Source of the DNA: an uncultured Verrucomicrobiae bacterium
GTDB taxonomy: Bacteria > Verrucomicrobiota > Verrucomicrobiia > Limisphaerales > Palsa-1400
Direction: 5' to 3'
NCBI GenBank assembly: GCA_963707025.1
Contig: CAVPOM010000006.1
Coordinates: 64,001-128,000 of the forward strand
DNA: 64,000 nucleotides
The notes beneath the pieces are model-generated. The model saw only the letters and a list, made by a program, of their open reading frames with translations, searched no databases and was not told the DNA's origin. The translations under genes were made by a program, and so were the position numbers. Each line of letters begins with the position of its first letter. Positions within the stretch are counted from its first letter, which is position 1. Positions 7,701 through 15,748 of the stretch are shown piece by piece.

Positions 7701-10561
7701 GGGAGGCTCTCAGCGATGCTGCTCGTCAGGCAGTGGAAAATGCCATCGCCGGTCAAGCCGTGCCCACCTCGCCCCTGACCTACGCCATAACCTATACCTC
7801 GGATGCTAATTCCACCATTACTCCCGTCCCCTATTTCTTGAATTCATCGGCGGGCGGGATCACCACGGTCTATGAGGGCGAAAACCAGACCTACTCCTTC
7901 GCAGCGGCCACAGGTTTTGGCCTCCTCTTGTCGGTGGACGGCTCCACTGCCGCCCCGGTCTCCGTTGGAAGCACCTACACCTTCAACAATGTGAACGCCA
8001 CCCATACCATTGCCCTGACCAGCATAGCCATTCCTAACCAGACGGTCACCGTCACCTATGGGGCCACCGGAACAGTCAGCACCAATGGCGCGGTCATCCC
8101 CAGCGGAACGGCCATCGTCGGTGTGCCGGGCGGTTCAACGCTGGTCTTCAATATTGTGCCCAACCCTGGCAATAAAATAACCTCTGTGACGCTCAATGGC
8201 ACGGCGGTGGCTGCCAGCGCGCTGGCGGCGGGTATTTACACCTACCTCAATGTTGGACTGGGCACGGTTGGCACGAACGATGCGGTCAACATCACCTTCT
8301 CCGCCCTGCCGGCCATCAGCCCGGCAGCGAGCCACGTGCCGGAATCGCAGGCCCTGCTCTTCGGAGTGGATACTGCCTCGCTACCTGTGACCAACGGCAC
8401 CACCATCACCAACTGGCCCATTTTTTACTCCAGCACGCCTCAAACTAATCTGGTCAAGGATACCATCAACGCCGGCCTTTCACTCGCGGTGACCTACAAT
8501 GACGCTTCCGGCGTCGTTTGGGAGAACAATATTGATGCGAACAGTACGGCCACCACCTGTTATCAACTCTACCCTACCGTGCTCCCCAATGGCACGTCCC
8601 TCCCGAACACCGGCGGAACCATCATCACGGTCGTCAGCCCCAATGCCGTGGGCATAGGAGCGGGAAACAACAGCGGAGATTGGCATTCCATCGTGGACGT
8701 GTTCTTCGGCTGCTTGGAAATCGGCGTCAGTCCTGTAACTGGCCAGATTCAAGCTTACGTGGATAATGACCAATCCACGCCTTACGACGGCACCGGTTCT
8801 CCCGTCGCCACCAGCACTGTCACCATTCCCAATGGGACCAACGCAGTTCTAAGCTTGGTGGCTCAGCCGGACGGGTCCTTCGCGGTTTATTACAACACGA
8901 TTCTCGTCATCACCAACGCGAGCATTGCCGGGCCTGGCGGGCTCTACCTGACGGCGGGCCGCGAGGGTCAAGCCTTTGCCGCCAACATCACGCTGGGTGA
9001 CGATGGTCCTGACAATTATAATGCCTTCAATGGATTGATCGGTAACACCTACGTTTGGACCACCGCCTTGACTCAGACGGAGCGCACCAACTTGGAAGCC
9101 GCACTCATGACCCAATTCCATGCGGTCGTGCCCCCGAACTTCAACTGGGTTGGCCCCAACAGCGGCAACTGGAGCGACATCAACAACTGGAGCAATACCG
9201 TTCCTTTCGCCGTCACCACCGTCCCAGGATCCGGCGGCGGTCAGGTTCCTCTCTTCTCCCTTGCCGGCGCGGGCGCAACGGTGACCTTGGACGCCCCCGA
9301 ATCGGTCGCCGGCTTGAGCTTCGACACCAACACTGTCATTGTTTCGCCGGCCGGCAATACTCTGACTCTGGACAACGGACCCGGCGATGCCACCGTGACA
9401 GTGGGCAATGGCGCATCGGCCACGATTGACGTCCAGTTGAACGTGCCGCAAGGCCTCAACGTCATTGGGCCAGGCCTGTTGACTTTGGCCACCAATGTCA
9501 CCCTTGGCGCCACGGTCAATGGCTATGTTGAGATTGCGCAAAACGCCAGCAACACCGCCACCCTTGTGCAAACCGGCGGCACGCTCACGACCTTCTCCAT
9601 CGCCCAATCCTGGGCTGTGGGCAATGGCCCCGGCGTCATGCTGGGCGGTGCGGACAATTCTGCCACCTCCGCCACCTATACCCTTAGCGGCGGCACTCTG
9701 ATCACTCCCAACATAGGCTGTGTGACTGAGAACTTCGGGGTGAATCCCGCCGTGTTGGTTCCTCCCAGCACGGATGGCGCCACCGCCATTCTCAATCTGA
9801 ACGGCGGCGTGCTCCAGGCCAGCGACAACGATTCGGTGGACCCAAATGCCCTGGCAGAAGGCAGCGCCCACCTCATCTTTAACACCACCCATACTTACGT
9901 TCAGGCGGGCGGCGCCGTCATCAGCACCGGCTACGCCAATTCCATCTCGGTGCCCCTCGAGCACTCCCCCGCCGGGCCGGGCGTTGACGGCGGCTTGACC
10001 AAGATGGGCACCGGCACCCTGAATCTGCTGGCCGCTTCGACCTATACCGGCCCGACCGTGGTTCAGGCCGGCATTCTGGCCTGCGCGACCGCCGCCTCGC
10101 TGGGTGGCAACTCGGTGACTATCGTCCCCGGCGCTCAACTCCAGTTGGAGTTCACCGGCACAGCCACGGTTTACCAACTGTTCACCAACGGTTCGGCTAC
10201 GTCTGTGCCCCCAGGTGTCTATGGTTCCACCGCCTCCGGGGCCGCTCACGCTGATGACACCGACTTCGTGCCCGGCTCAACCGGGAAACTGACGGTTCTG
10301 GGCGCGATCACGGCGGGGGAGAAACCCTCGTTCACCAGCTCCGCCTTTACCGGCGCCGCTGGCAATGGCAGCTTGCTCTTGCAAGGCACGGGCGGCATCT
10401 CGGGCGGCACTTATCTGGTGTTGGGCAGCACCAACGTGGCGGCCCCTCTGGCCGATTGGGTGACGCTGGGGCAGGGCACGTTCACGGGCGCCGGTTTCAG
10501 CGTCAGCGTTCCGGTGAGTACGGCCGTTCCGCAAGAGTTCATCCGAATTGTTGTGCCGTAA
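4751..10561 (+). CDS. 1936-aa secreted surface protein: LamG/ConA-like x3, FN3-like x2, GSGY repeat modules, InlB-B-like repeats, autotransporter-associated beta-strand repeat, C-terminal sorting-like domain
   Basis: Signal peptide ending AVA-Q; WHYGVITYDG...YLDG (LamG); ISGLTIGTTYYVRIYA (FN3); GLTKMGTGTLNL..STYTGPTVV (passenger repeat); GSTNVAAPLADW...FIRIVVP tail. Confidence 0.85.
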   Translation: MNDKDIATKSFLRRLSGGQSPSNFLSRCQAGFFALLASAPLLAVLISTSAVAQVKVAGQLLIDLSDTRGTNTATGMSSVAGETNLIYWTNYGTLGGTFNMIEDSVYSVGYTGGTNPPVMTLLTSGAVSALAPDSPTGLRIMIASFLTPSQLQGGSHYTVESWFYNLTTANPRGLFDWTLAAPTAGFDAGEFSPTSTASWHNDGNSLNWSAAGTAPSTGVWHYGVITYDGTTESAYLDGVLTDSAVHTLNIDAESIYPALFSQLGANPPTGTSSSYNGAIAALRVHTEALAASDVATNYAAGIAAVPAAPTNSISIDASPVTALLGTTATLNGILNATTDPGTTALTFFYDTVDHGDATNAWGVGHSVTATTPGSLPGTFSANISGLTIGTTYYVRIYAADANATNMSPFVTSFITQGKPVVANSSSFFAAPGSDYLIGSLVNDGTAGGGASVTIYWGPTDGGTTPASWANTVPLGTQNNGSFNTQVSGLTTLGNYYFTVSAQNTYGTAFAPSSMAFQEGLMFTLNTTNLPANGTAVASYPTAQGTLAYDEGTFSVSEFGGQKWLNETATAVKNMWLPFTAFPGGTVPTTIPINGGTIVAAFKPEGTPNTTWASVANVFFSQLGIALDSASDDVAITGNSVASVTISSGGSGYTSPPTVAFAPPGGIPAMDATATGTAQISAGGAVTNVIITSGGSGYPWLASVANAGTLKAPTVTFSGGGGSGAAATAHLTAATGTQLLPEVNSQRPPDDANGQNVDGNGNGENSANRLVVPFDQVSVVSVVAGDGRSSGVSGDNNYRVYVNGIEVMDTDYGFVSGVSFTTAGSTNGNGYTNSAGANVAPTVTFSAPTGTNGVIATATGVAVMGTGASLGTISRVTITSPGSGYTGDGLVNNATVTFSPSPFGVTAVGTVNLVSLGGYTTGASIIGAKAAGENGTGMTELAYNTPTYFGGAPYGANATFNIGNDGNFNDGWTYTGYLGNVSVYGEALSDAARQAVENAIAGQAVPTSPLTYAITYTSDANSTITPVPYFLNSSAGGITTVYEGENQTYSFAAATGFGLLLSVDGSTAAPVSVGSTYTFNNVNATHTIALTSIAIPNQTVTVTYGATGTVSTNGAVIPSGTAIVGVPGGSTLVFNIVPNPGNKITSVTLNGTAVAASALAAGIYTYLNVGLGTVGTNDAVNITFSALPAISPAASHVPESQALLFGVDTASLPVTNGTTITNWPIFYSSTPQTNLVKDTINAGLSLAVTYNDASGVVWENNIDANSTATTCYQLYPTVLPNGTSLPNTGGTIITVVSPNAVGIGAGNNSGDWHSIVDVFFGCLEIGVSPVTGQIQAYVDNDQSTPYDGTGSPVATSTVTIPNGTNAVLSLVAQPDGSFAVYYNTILVITNASIAGPGGLYLTAGREGQAFAANITLGDDGPDNYNAFNGLIGNTYVWTTALTQTERTNLEAALMTQFHAVVPPNFNWVGPNSGNWSDINNWSNTVPFAVTTVPGSGGGQVPLFSLAGAGATVTLDAPESVAGLSFDTNTVIVSPAGNTLTLDNGPGDATVTVGNGASATIDVQLNVPQGLNVIGPGLLTLATNVTLGATVNGYVEIAQNASNTATLVQTGGTLTTFSIAQSWAVGNGPGVMLGGADNSATSATYTLSGGTLITPNIGCVTENFGVNPAVLVPPSTDGATAILNLNGGVLQASDNDSVDPNALAEGSAHLIFNTTHTYVQAGGAVISTGYANSISVPLEHSPAGPGVDGGLTKMGTGTLNLLAASTYTGPTVVQAGILACATAASLGGNSVTIVPGAQLQLEFTGTATVYQLFTNGSATSVPPGVYGSTASGAAHADDTDFVPGSTGKLTVLGAITAGEKPSFTSSAFTGAAGNGSLLLQGTGGISGGTYLVLGSTNVAAPLADWVTLGQGTFTGAGFSVSVPVSTAVPQEFIRIVVP

Positions 10562-10582
10562 ATAAGGAATAGAGATTGATCC

Positions 10583-10615
10583 TGAGAAGCCGGGGCGAGC
10601 CGCCCCGGCTTCTCA
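10583..10615 (+). terminator. Stem-loop (terminator or mRNA stabiliser) after the giant gene
   Basis: tgagaagccggggcg-agc-cgccccggcttctca, a perfect 15-bp stem with only a weak U tract. Confidence 0.7.
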
Positions 10616-10863
10616 TTAAATGTAATAATATTTGGCGGATTCCAAGGATTCTGGGCGCGTGACAGTATGGGGTCTGGCGGGCAGCGCCTTAATTTGGTGC
10701 AGAGTGGAGCCTGTGGCTCGACTTCGGCGCCCAGCGCCGACACTGCAACAATGAAATTAAGGCACTAAAGTCTGGTTCGGCCGGTTGCAAGGAGTTCGGC
10801 CATGTGTTACCGTGGCGCTGAGTGCGCGATGCAGCCAGGGAGAGCATCGCGGAGAGATAAAAA

Positions 10864-11664
10864 ATGACAAATGGAAAAAGAAATCGCGGGCGGGCCTTTA
10901 CGTTGATTGAATTGCTGGTGGTTATTGCCATCATCGCCATTCTGGCCAGCTTGCTGCTGCCGGTCCTGGCCAAGGCCAAGCTGGCCGCGAGGGACGCCCA
11001 GTGCAAAAGCAACCTCAAGCAGATGATGGTCGCCACTCTTTCCTACGTCAATGACAACAAGAGCAGTTTCTTCCCCAGTTACAACAGCACCGATGGCACT
11101 CTCTGGATAGACAGTCTGGTCGCCTTTGCCGCCAACGTGCGCCCGATACTGACTTGCCCTTGCTGCACCCAGCCGCCGCCAACAGGCGGCGGGGCCGGCG
11201 CGTGTGATCAACCCTGGCAGTGGGAAGCCGGCGTGACGGGCAGCTATAATTTCAACGGCTGGCTTTACCAAAACTCGGCCGATTACCGGGGAGACATCAG
11301 CCCACCGCAATTTACCGCGAACTGTTTTGCCAACCAAAATGCCATTTCACACCTGTCCATGACGCCGGTGCTTCAGGATGCCGTCTGGGTGGACTTTTGG
11401 CCCATCGCCTCGGATCCGCCTAACGCAAACCTCTATCTGGCCGGGGGAGAGGAAAACCCGGCGGAGATTGAACGCATCGTCACCCCGCGTCACGGCGGGG
11501 TTAATGCGAGCGCCGCGCCCCGGAATTTTAATATCACCCAAAAATTGCCGGGTGGCATCAACTTGGGCCTGTCTGACGGCCATGTCGAATATTCCCCGCT
11601 GGAACGTCTTTGGCAATACTACTTTAACGCGACCTGGGTCCCGCCCGCAAGACGACCCATCTGA
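10864..11664 (+). CDS. Prepilin-type N-terminal cleavage/methylation protein with H-X9-DG-like C-terminus
   Basis: [23 protein letters not shown]...CKSNLKQ; RH...[13 protein letters not shown]. Confidence 0.9.
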   Translation: MTNGKRNRGRAFTLIELLVVIAIIAILASLLLPVLAKAKLAARDAQCKSNLKQMMVATLSYVNDNKSSFFPSYNSTDGTLWIDSLVAFAANVRPILTCPCCTQPPPTGGGAGACDQPWQWEAGVTGSYNFNGWLYQNSADYRGDISPPQFTANCFANQNAISHLSMTPVLQDAVWVDFWPIASDPPNANLYLAGGEENPAEIERIVTPRHGGVNASAAPRNFNITQKLPGGINLGLSDGHVEYSPLERLWQYYFNATWVPPARRPI

Positions 11665-11672
11665 CCATTGAA

Positions 11673-12461
11673 ATGAAAACTGAATACAGAAATTCCCGAC
11701 GCGCCTTCACTTTGATCGAATTGCTGGTGGTCATCGCCATCATCGCCATTCTGGCCTCCCTGCTCCTGCCCGCCCTGGCCCAGGCCAAGGCGAAAGCCAA
11801 ACGCATGATCTGCTTGAACGACGAACATCAGCAGATCATTGCCCTGTGTATATACGCCGGCGACTACAAGGATGCTTTTCCCGTCAGCGCCGCCGGCTAT
11901 TGGGCTTGGGACATGCCCGTCCCTGTTGCGACGATCCTCACCAACAATGGCACGACCTGGAAGACGTGGTACGACCCCGGCACCCAGCCCATATTTAGCG
12001 ATCAGGATGACCTGGCGCTGTGGAATTTTGAGCCTGACTACCGGGTGGTCGGTTTTGCCCTGACTTTTCCCGGCACCGCCTCTTACGCGGACAGTGGCGC
12101 ATGGCTGTTTTCCACCAACTTAAATTACAAATTGAGCGCCGGCTCGGTCGTGGACACCGGCTCGGGCGTATCCTATCCCATCCATGCTGCGACGCGCGCC
12201 GTGGTGGCTTGTGCCAACATGAACCAGCTTGGCGACAGCACTTCTCCGCTCATAGAAAAAACCTACACTGGCAACGGCGGTTGGACTGACGTTGATGGCG
12301 GCTATTCTAAACACCATACCAGCGCCCACATGAACGGGCCTGTCCCATTGGGAGGCAACGTTGGGACACTGGACGGCCATGTGAGCTGGGTTCCCTTCTC
12401 ACAAATGCTTCCGCGCTGCGGGGATGGCGGGATCGGCGGCGCGCCGTATTTCTATTATTGA
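11673..12461 (+). CDS. Prepilin-type N-terminal cleavage/methylation protein with H-X9-DG-like C-terminus
   Basis: [23 protein letters not shown]...CLNDEHQ; H...[13 protein letters not shown]. Confidence 0.9.
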   Translation: MKTEYRNSRRAFTLIELLVVIAIIAILASLLLPALAQAKAKAKRMICLNDEHQQIIALCIYAGDYKDAFPVSAAGYWAWDMPVPVATILTNNGTTWKTWYDPGTQPIFSDQDDLALWNFEPDYRVVGFALTFPGTASYADSGAWLFSTNLNYKLSAGSVVDTGSGVSYPIHAATRAVVACANMNQLGDSTSPLIEKTYTGNGGWTDVDGGYSKHHTSAHMNGPVPLGGNVGTLDGHVSWVPFSQMLPRCGDGGIGGAPYFYY

Positions 12462-12476
12462 ATCAATTCCTATACA

Positions 12477-12530
12477 GGCAGGGCCGTCGCGTTGCGACGC
12501 CCGCGGACGGTGCGGCGCGCCGTCCCAGCC
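12477..12530. repeat. Degenerate REP doublet
   Basis: ggcagggccgtcgcgttgcgacgcccg followed by cggacggtgcggcgcgccgtcccagcc: two short palindromes with decayed GGTAG/CTACC ends. Confidence 0.45.
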
Positions 12531-12623
12531 CGGGGAAATGAAGAAATTAGTCCCGCATCCTTCTGCATGCGCCAACAAATTGAACTTGTCTCAATGATGG
12601 ATTCGTGAAAGATGGGGGGAGTC

Positions 12624-15194
12624 ATGCTCAAGTTCACGACCTTCGCCATTTCATGCCTGCTCTTCTACCGATTGCCGGTCACTCCGCTGCCGGCCGCCAG
12701 CGTCACCATCAATATCAACGCCACCAATCCCGGCCCCCGCCTCAATCCCGGGATGTACGGCATCTTCTTGGAGGAAATCAACCACGGCGTGGACGGCGGC
12801 CTTTATGCCGAGATGATCCGCAACCGGGGCTTTGAAGACGCCAAACCTCCCGAAGGGTTCACCTTCCGGCCGGGCAACGGCGGCCGCCCGGGCCGCTGGA
12901 TGGCCGGACAATACGACGTCGAGTCCTTCGCCCGCTCCCTGCGCCTGGATTATTTCAATCCGGACGGCACGATGAAGGATTTTCCGTATTGGTCGCTGAT
13001 CAAGGACGGCGCGGCCCAGGGTTCCATGAATCTCGACACCAACAACCCGCTCGACCCGGCCGGGCCGCGTTCGCTCCGCCTGGAAATTGATGAGGCCGGT
13101 TCCGGCCGCCTCGGCATCGCCAATGAAGGCTTTTTCGGCATCGGCGTCGCGGCGGGCAAAAAATATAATTTATCATTCTGGGCGCGCGGCGAGGGGTTTT
13201 CCGGCCCGCTCACTGCTTCGGTGGAAGACGCCGCCGGCACTCCTTGCGTCGTGCCGGTCACCCTGAACGGCGTGACGGGCCAATGGACGCAGTTTCATGC
13301 CGCCCTGACCGCCACGATGACCGATGCCAAAGCCCGCTTCGTCCTGACCGCCGGCGCCAGGGGCAAAGTTTGGTTTGACATGGTTTCCCTCTTCCCCGCC
13401 GACACCTTCAAAAACCGCCCCAACGGACTTCGGCCCGACCTGGCGCAGTTCCTGGCCGACCTGAAGCCCGGCTTTGTCCGTTTCCCGGGCGGTTGCGTCA
13501 TCGAAGGCGGCAGCGTGGCAACCGCCTTCAACTGGAAGGATTCCATCGGCCCTCTGCCTGGCCGCCAGGAGCAATTCGGTCCCTGGGGCTACCGCCAAAC
13601 CCACGGCATGGGCCTGCTCGAATACCTGCAATTCTGCGAGGACATCGGCGCGGCCCCTCTTTACGTCGGTTTTTGCGGCGAAACCTGCTACTTCCGCAAC
13701 GTGGAGGACGTGCCCATGGAGCAAATGGGCTGGGTCGCCACCAATTTTCTCGATGCCATTCAATTCGCCAATGGCACGGCGTCCACCCCTTGGGGCAAAC
13801 TCCGCGCCCAGAACGGACACCCCGAATCATTCAACCTTAAACTCATCGAAATCGGCAACGAGGGCCACACCCGGAATTTCCCCCCGCGCTACACCATGGT
13901 TCACAAATTGCTCAAATCCGAATACCCAGACCTCACCTACATCAACGACTTCTCCTTCTACTTGGGTCGCGCCCGCTCGCAAATGGGACCGGAACCCTCC
14001 GACATCGAGGACAACCATTGGTACGAAAACCCCAATTGGTTCATGAACAACACCAATCTGTATGATAATCGCGACCGCAGTCTCCCGCCCGTCTATGACG
14101 GTGAAGTCGCCGTCACCTCCGGCGACCACAGCGACGAACACGGCACACTCCTCGATGCATTGAGCGAAGGCGCCTTTCTCATGGGCCTGGAGCGCAACGC
14201 CGACGTCGTGAAAATGGTTTCCTACGCGCCTCTGCTCGCCAATGTCAGCGGCCGCACCGACTGGCACGGCATGATCTACTTCGATTCCCTTCACTCCTAT
14301 GCCACCGTTTCCTATTACCTCTGGAAATTATTTGGCCTCAACCGCCCGGACTACACCGTCGCGGCCGACGTTGCTTATCAGCCCGACCAATCGGCCGCGA
14401 TCACCGGCGCGGTGGGCGTCGGCACTTGGAACAACAGCGCGGAATTCAAAGACATCCGCGTCGAGAAGGACGGCCAGGTCCTTTACGCCTCCGATTTCAC
14501 CAAGGACGCCGCCGGCTGGAAAACGGAAGGCGGCAGTTGGTCCGTCGTGGACGGCGCCTATCGCCAGCGGGACGCCAACCCCAATGGCCTGCTCAGTTGC
14601 ATGGGCGACGAAACCTGGTCCAACTACACCATCACCCTCAAAGCCCGCAAGGTCGGCGCTCGCGGCGAAGGTTTCCTCATCGCTTTCGGCAAGAAGGGCG
14701 GCGACAAATACTGGTGGAACGTCGGCGGATTTGGCAACACCCAGCACGATGTCGAGTTGAACCAGACCATCATTGGCCGGCCCGTGCGGTCCGTCCTGGA
14801 AGCCGGCCGTTGGTACGACGTTAAAATTGTCCTGAAAGACCGTCACATCCAGTGCTTCCTGGACGACAAGCAGATTCATGATATTGAGGTCCCGGCCCAG
14901 GATCGTTTCTTCGCCAACGCCGGCCGGGACGAGGCCAGCGGGGAATTGGTCATCAAAGCCATCAACCTCTCGCCCAATCCGGTTGCCGGCGCCCTTCACG
15001 TCGCCGGTCTCTCCAATTTTGACTCGCAGGGCGATCTCACCGTCCTCTCCTCCGCCCGTCTTGCCGACAACAACACCCTGGCCGACCCCAAAAAGGTCAT
15101 CCCCGTCACCAGCCCCCTGACCATTCCGGGCGGCGCCTTCACCTGCGATTTCCCGGCCAACTCCCTCACCCTGATAAGGGTCAAAGCCAAATGA
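12624..15194 (+). CDS. GH51 alpha-L-arabinofuranosidase, secreted, with an inserted beta-sandwich (DUF1080-like) domain
   Basis: YGIFLEEINHGVDGGLYAEMIRNRGFE, RFPGGC, IEIGNE, GE, LERNADVVKMVSYAPLL. Alternative start at 12612. Confidence 0.9.
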   Translation: MLKFTTFAISCLLFYRLPVTPLPAASVTININATNPGPRLNPGMYGIFLEEINHGVDGGLYAEMIRNRGFEDAKPPEGFTFRPGNGGRPGRWMAGQYDVESFARSLRLDYFNPDGTMKDFPYWSLIKDGAAQGSMNLDTNNPLDPAGPRSLRLEIDEAGSGRLGIANEGFFGIGVAAGKKYNLSFWARGEGFSGPLTASVEDAAGTPCVVPVTLNGVTGQWTQFHAALTATMTDAKARFVLTAGARGKVWFDMVSLFPADTFKNRPNGLRPDLAQFLADLKPGFVRFPGGCVIEGGSVATAFNWKDSIGPLPGRQEQFGPWGYRQTHGMGLLEYLQFCEDIGAAPLYVGFCGETCYFRNVEDVPMEQMGWVATNFLDAIQFANGTASTPWGKLRAQNGHPESFNLKLIEIGNEGHTRNFPPRYTMVHKLLKSEYPDLTYINDFSFYLGRARSQMGPEPSDIEDNHWYENPNWFMNNTNLYDNRDRSLPPVYDGEVAVTSGDHSDEHGTLLDALSEGAFLMGLERNADVVKMVSYAPLLANVSGRTDWHGMIYFDSLHSYATVSYYLWKLFGLNRPDYTVAADVAYQPDQSAAITGAVGVGTWNNSAEFKDIRVEKDGQVLYASDFTKDAAGWKTEGGSWSVVDGAYRQRDANPNGLLSCMGDETWSNYTITLKARKVGARGEGFLIAFGKKGGDKYWWNVGGFGNTQHDVELNQTIIGRPVRSVLEAGRWYDVKIVLKDRHIQCFLDDKQIHDIEVPAQDRFFANAGRDEASGELVIKAINLSPNPVAGALHVAGLSNFDSQGDLTVLSSARLADNNTLADPKKVIPVTSPLTIPGGAFTCDFPANSLTLIRVKAK

Positions 15195-15736
15195 GACGCA
15201 CCAATTTAACCTGGCTCCTTGCCTTGTGTTGCGCCGCCCCGTCCCTCCGCGCCCAACAAGCCGATGCTCCGGCCACCAACACCCCTGCGCCGCTCTCGCC
15301 CATCATCGCCGCCAGCCAACTCACTCTTTCGGATTACGCGCCTCCGCAGCATCAGATGGTTTGGGTCATGCGTCCGATGAGCCGGAGGAAGGATCCGACC
15401 AATTCGACCGACAGCCACTTTGATTGGTGGCCGCACAAAGACACCAACGAATGGATCCAAGCCGCCTTTGCCAAAGCGGAAACCATTTCCGAAACCCAGG
15501 TCTATTGGTTTGACGACTCCCAGAAAAGAGGCGGCTGCAGCACCCCGGTTTCCTGGCGCGCCTTCTACAAGGACGGCGGGCAATGGAAACCGGTCGAGAC
15601 CACCAACGAGTACACCGTCTCCAAGGATCGGTTCGACAAGATCACCTTCAAACCTGTCACCACCACCGGCCTGCGACTGGAAGTGCAACTCAAGCCCGAC
15701 TGGTCCGGCGGCCTTGAGTCATGGAAGGTCAACTAA
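15191..15736 (+). CDS. Small secreted discoidin/F5-8-type (CBM32-like) domain protein
   Basis: Signal peptide, then FDWWPHK..EWIQ..F...VYWFDD...GGC..P.SW....F.PVTTTGLRLEVQL. ATGA overlap with GH51. Confidence 0.7.
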   Translation: MRRTNLTWLLALCCAAPSLRAQQADAPATNTPAPLSPIIAASQLTLSDYAPPQHQMVWVMRPMSRRKDPTNSTDSHFDWWPHKDTNEWIQAAFAKAETISETQVYWFDDSQKRGGCSTPVSWRAFYKDGGQWKPVETTNEYTVSKDRFDKITFKPVTTTGLRLEVQLKPDWSGGLESWKVN

Positions 15737-15748
15737 CCTGAAATTCCT

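Noticed and set aside
10772..10790. Sigma54 promoter TGG...TTGCA upstream of the pilins
   Set aside because: GG-to-GC spacing is 11 nt rather than the required 10.
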